A stretch of DNA of 64,000 bases, taken from assembly GCA_035221665.1 (NCBI GenBank), contig CM069142.1:34596001-34660000 (forward strand), in the 5' to 3' direction. This DNA is from Okamejei kenojei (Eukaryota). Positions 36,051 through 47,971 of this stretch are shown here, piece after piece (within the stretch, counting starts at the first letter, position 1; every line of letters begins with the position of its first letter). The notes under the pieces were generated by a model. The model saw nothing but the letters and a program-made list of their open reading frames with translations, was not told the DNA's origin and searched no databases. Made by a program: the position numbers and the translations under genes.

Positions 36051-36774
36051 TGGGGATGGGGCAAGGGGTGAGGAATGTACAGGTAGAAAAAATAAAATAA
36101 AGAATTGAGACCATTGAAGTGAAAATATTTATGGATATTTATTACCATCTCCTTTACACTGAGGCAGATGCATCACACGTTTCACTGGTTTATGAAAATG
36201 CGATTTATCTCCATTCTAAATTGATTTGAAAATCCATTGAAACCTGGAACCGGCAGTAATGTAATGTATGTAACAGAATGATGCTTTTGTACAGCAATTA
36301 TTTGAAAGCCCAGATTTTCTAAGCTCATTATAAATTGTGTCTAGTTCAAATTTAAACCAGCATCTGCAGTTCTTTCCTACACAAAGAAATAAACAATCAG
36401 TTCTGTATTGTTTTATAGAATAATTAGAAATCCTTTTAAATGTATTTGTCATACATTAATAGGTAAATAAATAAGTGCCATTGTCAGCGTATGTAGAGAT
36501 TAACTGTAATTTATTCAATGCCGTCCCCTTAATTGGCACCGTTTGCCATTGGTGATTTGTGTGCACTGTGCCAACTGGTATAACGCATCATGCAAAAATG
36601 GAAACGGTATCCAGGGTTGGAACTGTCCCCAGCCAGTGAAGAGTCATGTTTAGTTTAGCGCATCGATACAGCATGGAAACAGGCCCTTTGGCCCATTGAG
36701 CCACGCCGACCATTGATCACCCGTTCACACCACTTCCGTTATCCCACGTTCTCACCCACTCCCTATACACTTAA

Positions 36775-36980
36775 ACCCCTGTCCCACGGTACGAGTTCAT
36801 TCCAAGAGCTCTCCCGAGTGTGCCCTGATTCGAACTCGGAGATTTACGGTAATTGCCACTCGTCGGTTCTCGGGGCTCTCGTGGACATTTTTCATCATGT
36901 TGAAAAATCTTCACGAGTCTTCCCGTGCTTACCTGTCGTTAGCGAGTCTTCCCAAGTACCTGCCGTTAACGAGTCTTCCC
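36775..36980. mobile_element. PIF/Harbinger-like MITE fragment
   Basis: Begins ttaa-acccctgtcccacgg, related to the ggggctgtcccac end at ~47639. Other end missing. Confidence 0.4.
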
Positions 36981-36984
36981 GGCC

Positions 36985-37835
36985 CTGGGGAATTATCAGC
37001 CTTCAGTCCTATCAGTCTACCCAATACTATTTCTCACCGAATGCAAATTTCTTTCAGTTCCTCTGTCTCCCTGGATCCTCTGTCCTCCAGTACATCTGGG
37101 AGATTGTTTGTGTCTTCCTCAGTGAAGACAGAACCAAAGTACCTGTTCAACTCTTCTGCCATTTCCTTGTTCCCCATAATAATTTCACCTGTTTCTGCCT
37201 TCAAGGGACCCACATTTACTAATCTTTTACTCTTAAGATAAAAAAGCTTTTACTATCCTTCTTTATATTCTTGGCCAGCTTACCCTCGTACATCATGCTT
37301 TCACCCAGTATTGCCCTTTTTGTTACATTCTGTTGTCCTTTGAAAGTTTCCCAATCCTCTGGCTTCCCGCTACTCTTTGCTATGTTATACACTTTTTCTT
37401 TTAGTTTTATTCCATACCTAACTTCCCTTGTCAGCCACAGTTGCCTCTTGCTCCCCCTGGAATCTTTCTTCCGCTTTGGAATGAAATGATCCTGCATCTT
37501 CTGGATTATACCCAGAAATTTCTTCCATTGCTGTTCTACCGTCATTCCTGCTAGGATCTTTTTCTGGTTGACCATAGCCAGCTCCTCTCTCATGCCTTCA
37601 TCGTCCCCTTTGTTCAACTGCAACACTGACACTTCTGATTTAACCTTCTCCCTCAAATTGCAGATTAAAATTTATCATATTATGGCCACAACCACCTAGC
37701 GGTTCCTTTACCTTGTTCCCTTATTAAATCTGGTTCATTAGACAACACTAAATCCAGAATTGCCTTCTCTCTGGTAGGCTCCAGTGCAAGCTGCTCTCAG
37801 AGTCAATCTAGGAGGCACTCCACAAACTCCCTTCT
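36985..37835 (-). mobile_element. CR1 LINE ORF2 internal fragment (endonuclease-RT linker)
   Basis: LQLNKGD..GMREELA..QDHFIPKRKK..WLTREV..KLAKNIKKDSKSFF..EMAEELNRYFGSVFTEED. Confidence 0.85.
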
Positions 37836-38401
37836 TGGGCAGCTTACAACCCGACATACGAATGTTGCATCTCCATTTTTCTTTTACTCGCCCCGATATG
37901 TGGCATTTACGAAGGTTTTTTGAGAGGCACGTGAATATGTAGGGGATGCAGGCATATGGATCAGGTGCAGGAAGAGGAGTGTAGGAAGAAACTGCAGATG
38001 CTGGTTTAAACCAAAGATAGATAGACACAAAAAGCTGGAGTAATCCAGTGGGTCAGACAGCATCTCTGGAGAAAAGGAATAGGTGACGTATCCGGCCGAG
38101 ACCCTCCTTCAGACTGAGAGTCAGGGGAAAGGGAAACGAGGGGATTGGTTTATCTTGGCTTCATGTTGGGCAAGGATATTGTGGGCTGAAGGGCCTGTTC
38201 CTGTGCTGTACTGTTCTAGGGACTATCTATCTAGCTATCTGTGGCATTCACTCCAACTTGGGGTCGAGTGGTGCCATCTGCTTCATGATGTCCTGGTGCT
38301 GTGTTAGCCATTCGTCATGATGCAGTTTTCATAAGTAAGCTAGGCGGATGAGAGGTCCTCTCCTAGCAAGAAAGAAAGAACACAATACTATATGTTGGCC
38401 A

Positions 38402-39222
38402 CTAGGGGGCGCCACATTGATGGCAGCCTCTGCCTACAGTCTGTCTGTTTTTCCATCTTTTTTTATTTTTAGTCAGTTTTAAAAGGAGATTTCGTTAGTT
38501 TTTCTACGTGGGGGAGGGGGGTAGGGTAAGGGGGAAACCATTTCCCAGTCACTTCCTGGCGAGGACGCGACAATTCTCCGAGTTGCGTCCTCGCCCCCCC
38601 TTCTCGCGGCCTACCACCTGGATTGGAGCAGCATTTTCTGCCGGGAAGGCGCAGCGCTGGATACATCGCGAAGGGGGCGATTGCTTCCCTGGATCGCCGT
38701 TGAGGCTCCGGAGTGTTGAACCTGCTGCTTCGATATCGGAGCTGTGGCTCGTAGAGCTTCCATCGCGGGCGGCGCTGACTTAAACATCGCGGAGTCCTGG
38801 GGACCTTTGCCGAGGGCCGCCAGCGTTGAATCTCCGCCCAGCGTGGCCTGTGGATTTCGGGAGCCGTGGACTCTGGCAGGAGGTGGCCGTTTTCGGATGT
38901 CCAAGCCGCGGAGGATGTCCACCAGTCCCGACATCGGACTTCCATCACCCCGGCGGGCGGGCCTGAACATCGGGCTGCCCGTAGATGCATCAGCGGGGGG
39001 TTCGGGAGCCCCCCGACCACGGGAGGACAACGGAGGAGGATGACTGAATTTTGGAGCCTTCCCTCACATTGTTGATCCCACTATGTGAGGATCCCACTAT
39101 GTGGGGATGTCTGTGTTAAAGACTATCGTGTTCTGTGCTCTTTATTATTCGTATGGCTGTATGGCGACCACACATTTCACTGTACCAATTGGTACATGTG
39201 ATAAATAAATGTATCTTGTATC
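38402..39222 (+). mobile_element. GC-rich non-autonomous retroposon with a Rex1-type tail (copy 2)
   Basis: Starts gggggcgccac..gcagcctc; ends tttcactgtaccaattggtacatgtgataaataaa(tgtatct)n. Confidence 0.65.
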
Positions 39223-39224
39223 TT

Positions 39225-39795
39225 AAATACATAACAGAATTCATAACATAAACATCCACCACAGCGGAACCAGCACCTCCTGCTGTGGTGGAAGGCACAA
39301 AGTTTCAGTCAATCCTCCTCCTCCGTTCACCCGTGGTCGGGGCCTTGAACCCTCCGCAGATACCACTACGGATGGCCTGCTGTACAGGCCCTCTCGTCGG
39401 GGTGATCGGAACTCCGACGTCGGGACGGATCGGAACACTCCGCGGCGTGGAATTCCCAAATCGGCCGCTTCCTACTGGAGACCGCGGCTTCACGATGCGC
39501 AGACCACAAGTCCCGGGGCCGGAGCACTTCTTCTGCCGATCCTTGGCAAAGGATCGCAGGCAGCTCCGCGATGTTACAAGCCCGCGCAGCGCCCGCGGCA
39601 AGAAGCTCCACAGACGAGCTCCACGATGGTAAAGTCAGCAGGCCCCCTGCGGTCGGAGCTCCAATACTGGCGACACCCGGCAAAGGATCGCAGCTCTGGG
39701 TTCTGGGCCGGTCTCCGGTCGGAAAGGCTGCACCAATCCAGTCGTTAGGCCGCGAGAGAGCTAAAAGTCACATCTCCATCGAGGTAAGTGACTCC

Positions 39796-39832
<37 letters not shown>

Positions 39833-39947
39833 AGCACCCCACACAAGACACACTGGGAGACATATATTCAGACATGCTGAAAACAACATCTAGTCCAAAG
39901 AAACACACGAGCTGCTGGCGAGGCTGCTGCGCGTGGCGCCATCTTGG
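39225..39947 (-). mobile_element. GC-rich non-autonomous retroposon (copy 3), tail-to-tail with copy 2
   Basis: Minus strand starts caagatggcgcc; body is collinear with 33130-33840. Confidence 0.65.
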
Positions 39948-40216
39948 GAAATTTGGACTGCTGGACCGGAAACGCCCAGACACCAGTACAATAATCTGCG
40001 TGCCTATGTGTAAGGTACAACTATTTCTGGCTTGTGCATAAGTCTGTCTATCTGGCAACATCAGATATTTTTAGATATGTTTATAACTCTTGATTTTCAT
40101 GCTGTGAGTGTCTGGGTTACTTATACATTCACATGTGAATGATTCAGATAGTCAGAGGATGTGATGACATCAGTGTTGTAAGCATTACATGCTTGTGGAT
40201 CTTGGTGTTGGAGTAA

Positions 40217-40512
40217 AGGCACAGTGGCGCAGCAGGTAGAGCCACTCCCTCACAAAGCCAGAGACCCGGGTTCGATCCTGACCTCAGGTGCTGTCTGTGT
40301 GTGGAGTTTGCACCTTCTCCCTGTGACCGCGTGGGTTTCCTCTGGGTTCTCCGGTTTCCTCCTACATCCCAAAGACGTGCAGGTTTGTAGGTCAATTGGC
40401 TTCTGTAAATTGCCCCCTAGTGTGTAGGATCGAACTAGTGTACTGGTGATCGATGGTCAGCACAGACTCAGTGGGCGGAAGGGCCTGTGTGCATGTTGTA
40501 TCTCTAAACTAA
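40217..40512 (+). mobile_element. HE1-like V-SINE (full length)
   Basis: ggcacagtggcgcagcaggtagag..gggttcgatcc..tatctctaaactaa. Confidence 0.88.
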
Positions 40513-41170
40513 TACGCATTCTCTGGAATTCTCTGCCACAGAAGGTAGTTGAGGCCAGTTCATTGGCTATATTTAAAGATGTGGCCCTTGTGGATAAGGG
40601 GATCAGGGGGTATGGAGAGAAGGCAGGTGCGGGATACTGAGTTGGATGATCAGCCATGATCATATTGAATGGCGGTGCAGGCTCGAAGGGCCGAATGGCC
40701 TGCTCCTGCACCTATTTTCTATGTTTCTATGCAATTGTCTTTATTATATCCACTACTGTGACAATGTATGAAAATAATGTTATAGATTTTGCCGTTTAGG
40801 AATTTGGATCATATCCCAAGGGAGTATTTTGAGTTGCGCACTGATCTATTGACACAGTAGTAAAATATATTGGGTCCAACATCATTTACATTGGCTATTT
40901 GATGGCACAGTGTAATGCTCAAGGAGATGTGTAGAACAACTCGTGCACTGTTGACACAAGCAACTGCTGTTGCTGGTTCACAACAACAGGCGCAAAGCGC
41001 TGGAGTAACTTAGCGGGTTAGGCAACGTCACAGGGGAACATGGAATAGGTGACGTTTCGGGTTGGAATCCATTGTTGGGGCCTGGAAGGTTATGAATGGT
41101 GCTGTCTTTAGGGTTTTGGTCTTTGCTACGAGAATTAAAAATAAGCAGTTTGTATATTGTGGTAGAACTG

Positions 41171-41370
41171 TGTAGGAAGGAACTGCAGACGCTAGTTTAA
41201 ACTGAAGATAGACATAAAATGCTGGAGTAACTCAGCAGAATGGGCAGCATCTCTGGAGAGAAGGAATGGGTGATGCTTCGGGTAGAGTAGGCTCTCGACC
41301 CGAAAAGTCACCCATTCCTTCTCTCCAGAGATGCTGCCTGTCCCGCTGAGTTACTCCAGCATTTTGTGTG
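41171..41370. mobile_element. Mini Penelope-derived palindromic insertion with a 13-bp TSD
   Basis: tgtggtagaactg at 41158-41170 and 41371-41383; two pLTR halves in inverted orientation. Confidence 0.8.
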
Positions 41371-41660
41371 TGTGGTAGAACTGCTGCCTCTCAGCACTGG
41401 AAACCCAGGTTCGATCCTGACCTCAGGTGCTAACTGTGTGGAGTTTGCATGTTCTCCCCGTGACCTTGTGGGTTTCCTCCGGGTGCTCCAGTTCCCTCCC
41501 TTATCCCAAAGACGCGTGAGTTTGTAGATTAATTGGCCTCTGTAAATTGTCCTTAGCATGTAGGGAGTGGATGAGAAAGTAGGATAGCAGAATTAGTGTG
41601 TATGGGTGATCGATCGTTAGCGTGGGCTGAAGTGCTTGTTTCCATGCTGTATCTTTTGAC
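41371..41660 (+). mobile_element. HE1-like V-SINE
   Basis: Head, V-domain and tail present. Confidence 0.8.
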
Positions 41661-43059
41661 CAATCTAACATTCCCCCAACAGTTGTCACTTGTGGCTTGT
41701 GAAAGATTTGGGGGGTATTTAACTACGTTAAAGACACTATAAATGCAAATTGCTATTATGACATATTAATTTAGCCAATCATCATCATCTTTGCTCAATT
41801 GTATAATGGTAAATAATTAGGATATGTAATATTTTGGGGGATAAATTTGCATAACGTGCCATTTATGTATAATTACATATCAGATTACTTAACGTCTGAA
41901 TGTGTAGATTTTATAATATTTACACTTCATTACAACTTGATCCTGCAAAAATATAAAACTGATCAAAGTAAACCCCTCCTGTGGCTACTTCTGTTAAAAT
42001 AAAGATAATTTAGTGATAACTGATCCACTCAGATTCTGACCATTACGCTGATATTAGGAATTCCTTTATTGCAATACCATAGAACATAGAACAGTACAAC
42101 ACATGAACAGGCCCTTCGGCCCGCAATGCCTGTACTCAACATGATGTCTCGTTAAACTAATCTCTGCCTTCCATATCCATGTGTTCCATATCTCTCCATT
42201 CCCTGCATATCCATGTGCCTATCCAAAAGTCTCCTAAACACCACTATTGTATCTGCCTCCACCACCACCCCTGGAAGCACATTCCACGCACCCACCACTC
42301 TCTGTATATATAAAAAAAGTAATTGCTAAACACATCTCCTTTAAACTTTGCCCCTCTTATCTTAAAGCTCTGCCCTCTCGTCTTTCAAATTTCTACCCTG
42401 GTAAAAAAGCTTTGACTATCTGCCTTTATCTCTGCCTCTCATCATTTTATACGCTTCTATCAGGTATTGCCTCAACCTCCCACACTCCAGAGAAAGCAAT
42501 CCAACCTCTCCTTGTAGCTAACCCAGGCAGCATTCAGGTTAGACTTTACTTCAGACTTTAGAGATACACCGGGTCCGCACCGACTAGCGGTCGCCCCGTG
42601 CACTAGCCCTACACAGTAGGGACAATTTACAGAAGCCTTTTAGCCTGCAGACCTGCACGTCTTTGGAGTGTGGGAGGAAACCGGAGTATCCGGAGAAAAC
42701 CCACACAGTCAAGGAGAACGTACAAACTCTGCACAGACAACATCCGTAATCTGGATTGAACCTGCGTCTCCGGTGCTGTAAGGCAACAACTCGATCACTG
42801 TACTATTGTACCCCCCGTTTTGTTATTCTCTTCTGCACCCTCTCCTACACACTCGGGGCAATTTACAGAAGCCAATTAACTTACAAACCAGCACCCCTTT
42901 AGGATGTGGGAGGAACCCCACAATGTCACAGGGAGAACAGGCAAACTCTACACACAGACCTCGCCCGAGGTCAGGATCGAACCTGGGTCTCTGGCGCTGT
43001 AAGGCAGCAACTCTACTGCTGCGCCATTGTGCCGCACAACAGCTACGTAAACATAGTAG

Positions 43060-43266
43060 ATGGGCACCAAATGCTGGAGTTACTCAGCGAGAGAGTCAGC
43101 ATCTCTGGAGAGAAGGAATGCGTGACATTCCGGGCGGAGTCTGAAGAAGGCTCTCGGCCCGAAACATCACCCATTGCTTCTCACCAGAGATGCTGCCTGT
43201 CCCGCTGTTACTCCAGCATTCTGTGCCTTCGGTGTAAACAGGCAACTGCAGTTCCTTCCGACACAT
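43060..43266. mobile_element. Mini Penelope-derived palindromic insertion with a 13-bp TSD
   Basis: gtaaacatagtag at 43047-43059 and 43267-43279; hammerhead-like motif at 43141-43168. Confidence 0.8.
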
Positions 43267-45699
43267 GTAAACATAGTAGTACTCTGTGAACGCAAGCAAC
43301 AAAAAAGAGGTTCAGTATATAAAAAAACAAGCAATAATAGTGCAAAGCCAAAAACAATACTCCCAAGTTTATATAGTTCTGAGCCTATTTGGAGATTGTA
43401 GTGTTTAATAGCCTGATTGTAGAAAAGAAGCTGTTCTTGAAGATAGACACAAAATACTGGAGTAACGCAGTGGGTCAGGCAGCATCTTTGGAGAAAACGG
43501 ATAGGATAACTATTCTTTCAAAGGGCCCCAGCCTATCCACATTCTCCAGCGATGCTGCCTGACCCACTGAGTTACTCCAGTACTTTGTATCTATCTTTGG
43601 TATAATCCAACATCTGCAGTTCCTTTTTATTACAAGCTGTCCCTGAATCTGGACGTTTCAGTTTTCAGGCTCCTCTACCTGCTTCCCGATGGCAGGGGTG
43701 AAATGAGAGTGTGGCCCCTGCAACCCTCTTGTTGAGGCAGCACCTCCTGTAGATCTCCTCGATTGTGATTTCTGGTCTCCTTTATATGAACAATATTGAC
43801 AGTGTGGGGATCAAATAGTCAAGCTGCTGCTCTTGCTCAGAGCACTGGATGATCTACACTTTCTCACGATCGGGTTAGGAATGATAAATAACACACATGG
43901 CTTTTGCCGTGGTAATCGGAATTAGTCAAATGCTGGTTGCATGAAATCCAGTCAGCTGGTTGCTATGGTGAGCAACAACTGGCAGCAGCTGGGAAGATGG
44001 GTCAAGAGAGCTTATCGTTGTCATATATACACCAGCCGGATATGAAGCAGAGCACTGACATCCTTACTTGCTGCAGCTTCACAAGCACATTACATGTAAC
44101 AACAGCAACGATAAATGTGTTTTAAATGATCAGTTTTTCAAAGTAAACTAGATCATGAAAGTGCAAAGATCAAAGTACATAGAGTAACCATTGTAGTGCA
44201 AAGTTATTTGTGTTTGGTGTTGAGTTTGGATTGTGTAGGGTGGTTCAAGGACCTATGGTTGATGCTGTTCTTGAACCTGATGGTCATGGTTCTCGGGCTC
44301 CTGTACCACCTTCCTGATGGTAGCAGCGAGCAGAGAGGCTGGCCATGGTGGAGTGAATCCTTGCTATCAGCTGCAATCTTGAGGCAGCATTTGCTGCAGA
44401 TCCCGTCATAAGTTCATAAGTTATAGTAGCTGAATTAGGCCATTCGGCCCATCCAGTCTACAACCCAAGGTAGGAAGGGTAAATTTCCCTTGCAATCACG
44501 GTTGATCTATCATTTCCTCTCAACCCCATTATCCTGCCTTTTCCTCATAACTCCCACATTCTAGTCCTTGACAAAAATTGCTAGCATTGCATTTGCCTTC
44601 CTTACTACCGATTCGACTTGCAAATTAACTTATTGGGAGTCCTGCACCTGCATTTCCAAGTCCCTTTGCACCTCCGATTTCTGAATTCTCTCCCCATTTG
44701 GAAAATAGTATTTGATGGTACCCGTGGTGGACTGGGCAATGGTAGGCACTTTCTGCAACCTCCTTTGTTGCTGAACTTGGTGATGCAACCAGTCAGTATG
44801 CTCCCTGCCGTACCCTTTCAGAAGTTTGAAAGACATGCCAAATCTCCTCAAAGCTCTGAGGAAGTAGAGGCATTGGTGAGCTTTCCTCATGGTCGCATCA
44901 GTGTGCTTGGCCCAGGACAGATCATTGTAGATGCGTCTCTATCAGATCTCTATAGGATCACTCCTCAGCCTCCTGCGCCCTAAGGAATCAAGTCCTAGCC
45001 TGCTCAACCTCTCCCTCTAGCTTTGACCTTCAGGTCCTGGAAACATCCTGGTAAAATCTTCTCTGCACCCATTCCACCTATAACATGGTGACCAAAACTG
45101 AACACAATACTAAATATACAATTGTACAACTGTAACATGACTTTCCAACTTCAATACTTGAGTCCTGACAACACCCTCGTAAACTAGTGATTCATGATTC
45201 CATAACTCTTGCTGCAGTGTGGTGTACTAACCCTCTCTTTTTCGGTGAGAATATTGAGCGTGCAGTGTGAAATTTACCCTTCCAACCTTGGGTTGTCGCC
45301 TTGTTGATTGTGCCAGTAATTCCTGACTTACTGTGACCTTTTCCCTCTTGGCACTTAGACATCGACTGCAAAAGAACAGGACCTAGTGGCAGCTAAAGGT
45401 TAATGTAATATTAAAGCTGTCATTTTGCAGGTTTAATAAAAGTCCACCACTTGTGCAGAAATAACTCATCCCCAAATTGAAATTTTGCAATCAAAAATAC
45501 ACCTGCCAACTCCCCAGCCACTTGGTTCGTGTAGGAAATATTGTGGCAATAAGCAGATAATGAAGATCCATTGGACAACACTTCTTCAGAAGCATTTGTT
45601 TCCCCTCTGCAATGCAATGACTCTTCTCTCTTAGTTGGTGGCAACAGAAATAGCTTCACTGTTCACTCATTCTGTTGAAGGTGGGTGTATTTCGAAGCG

Positions 45700-46130
45700 T
45701 GCAGTTAAGCTGGAAAGGGCGCAGAGAAGATTTACAATGATGTTGCCAGGACTTGAGGGCCTGAGCTACAAAGAAAGTTTGGGCAGGCAAGGACTCTATT
45801 CCTTGGAGAGCAAGAGGCTGAGCAGTGAACTTTAGTGGTGTACAAAATCACGAGGGGAATCGATAGGGTGAATGCACAATCTTTTCCCCAGGGTAGAGGA
45901 ATCAAGAACCAGAGGACATAGGTTTAAGGTGAGCGGGGAAAGATTTAAAAGGACGCTGAGGGTGAATCTTTCCACCCAGAGAGTGATGGATATATGGAAC
46001 GAGATGCCAGAGGAGGTAGTTGAGGCAGGTACTATAACAATATTTAAAAGATACTTGGATAGGAACATGGATAGAACAGGTTTAGAGGGATTTGGGCCAA
46101 ATGCCAGCAAATGAGACGTGCTTAGATGCT
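45700..46130 (+). mobile_element. CR1 LINE 3' fragment
   Basis: KLERAQRRFTMMLPGLEGLSYKE..SRTRGHRFKV peptides. Confidence 0.85.
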
Positions 46131-47636
46131 CTATTAATGGGATTCTAAAGCTTATCATCAATAATGATCAATGCTTTTCACTAACCTTTATCAACAAAAA
46201 TAATAACTCAATTCCTAGAAAAAGAAACTTACATCATGGATTAAGATCATTAAAATCATACATCATATAAAATCCGAATTGATTCATTAAAAATCTAAGA
46301 TTTCAAGTTCAATGTGATTTATTTTAATTGCAATCACTAAAATCATCTGTATTTTTTGTCGTTTCTGCACTTTTTTTTGCACTGTTTTCTAAGGAACATT
46401 TTACCAGATGGTGCACATGAATATTAGTGAGCATTTGTTTAGCTACACTGTTGGTACAGTAAGTATTATCTAACTTTAGGTCCTTGCCTGAAGAAATGTT
46501 TTGCCTAAAGAAAATTTGAAATCAAAGGTGGTTACAGTTCGAATTGTGGTCCTGGTGTTCAAAGCATTTATTCAGAGGTCAAATCACAAAGTGTTGGAGG
46601 AACGAAGTGGGTCAGGCAGCATCTGTGGAGGCAATGGACCGGTGACGTTACGGGTCAGGACCATTCTGAATCCTGATTAGCAACGTTGCCTGTTCATTCC
46701 CTCCACAGTTCAGAAATCATAGGAGCAGAATTAGGCCATTTGGCCCATCGCGTCTGCGCCATTCAATCACGGCTGATCCATCTTTCCCTCTCAACCCCAT
46801 TCCCTCTAACCTTTGCCGCCCTTTACTAATCAAGAACCAGTCAATCTCTGCTTTAAAAATACCCAATGACTTGGCCCCCATGGCCGTCTGTGGCAAAGAT
46901 TTCCACAGATTCACACACTCTGGCGAAAGAAATTCCTCCTCATCTCCTTTCTAAAACTTCCTCCAGCACTTTGAGTTTTGCTCAAGATTTCTAGCATCTG
47001 CAGTCCTTCGTATCTCCATTTATTTTGCAGAAATGCCTTCTTGAAAACACGACACATTGAACTGCAAAATCCATTCGCAAGCGGTGTTAATACTGTGAAG
47101 GTATCATAGCAACATCTCATCTCAAAAGTGTGGTGGCCAATTTTACCACCGCTCTGTGCATTCACTGCATAATTGTGCGGAGCCAAAGCACAATTTATTC
47201 AGAGTGCCTGGCCGCTTCATTGCAGTTTATAAATACCAATAAAAGTTGGCAAAGTTTCCAACAATTTCTACTTTTATTTCTGAGTTCCAGCAACTTCAAT
47301 TTGTTCGAGAAACAAGGAACTGCAGATGGTGGATTACAAAAAAATACCCACAAAGTGCTGGAAGAACATTACAGGTTAGGCAGCATCTCTGGAGAACATG
47401 GCGAGGTGACGGTTTGGGTCAGGGACCTTCTTCAGACTGAAGGAGAAAGGGTCTGAAGCCGGACCCAAAACATTGACTATCTGTATTCTCCAGAGATGTT
47501 GCCTGTCCTATTGAGTTACTCCCCAACTTGGTGTCTTTAACTTCAGTTTGTCAGTTTGCTTAACAGAGAACAGCACAGCACAGAAACTGGCCCTACGGCC
47601 TACTATGTTTGTGCCAAGAACATGATGCCAAGACTA

Positions 47637-47970
47637 AAGGGGCTGTCCCACTGCGGCAATGTAATCTGTGAGTTTAGATGAGTTTGTCCTCGACCCAAAC
47701 TCGCAGCATGGTCGGCACGAGCCCTAGGAGGTCCTATGTGGTCACTGGATCTCTCCTTCATGCTCGAGGGAAGTTCCCGAATACTCGTGGCCTCAGCTAG
47801 GTCGCGGAAAATTTTTCAGTTCAATTTGTTCGGCATGCTTCTTTTTGATGCGTAGTGCAGTGGAGTGGGGTCGCTATTTAGTTACAGGCAGTCGAGGGCA
47901 GCCGTAGGCAATCTCCTTCGCTGACCGGTAGGTAAAATGCCCGTTAAACTTTATTATAATTTCTTAAAAG
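47637..47970. mobile_element. PIF/Harbinger-like MITE fragment leading into the CT-rich tract
   Basis: taaa-ggggctgtcccactg terminus. Opposite TIR not seen. Confidence 0.4.
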
Positions 47971-47971
47971 T

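Noticed and set aside
38469-40061. Multiple overlapping 100-180-aa ORFs in the GC-rich repeats
   Set aside because: High GC content suppresses stops, there are no recognisable domains, and frames are not conserved among the three copies.
40217-40290. tRNA genes at SINE heads (many copies)
   Set aside because: A/B boxes continue directly into the V-SINE body and LINE-derived tail, with no complete cloverleaf.
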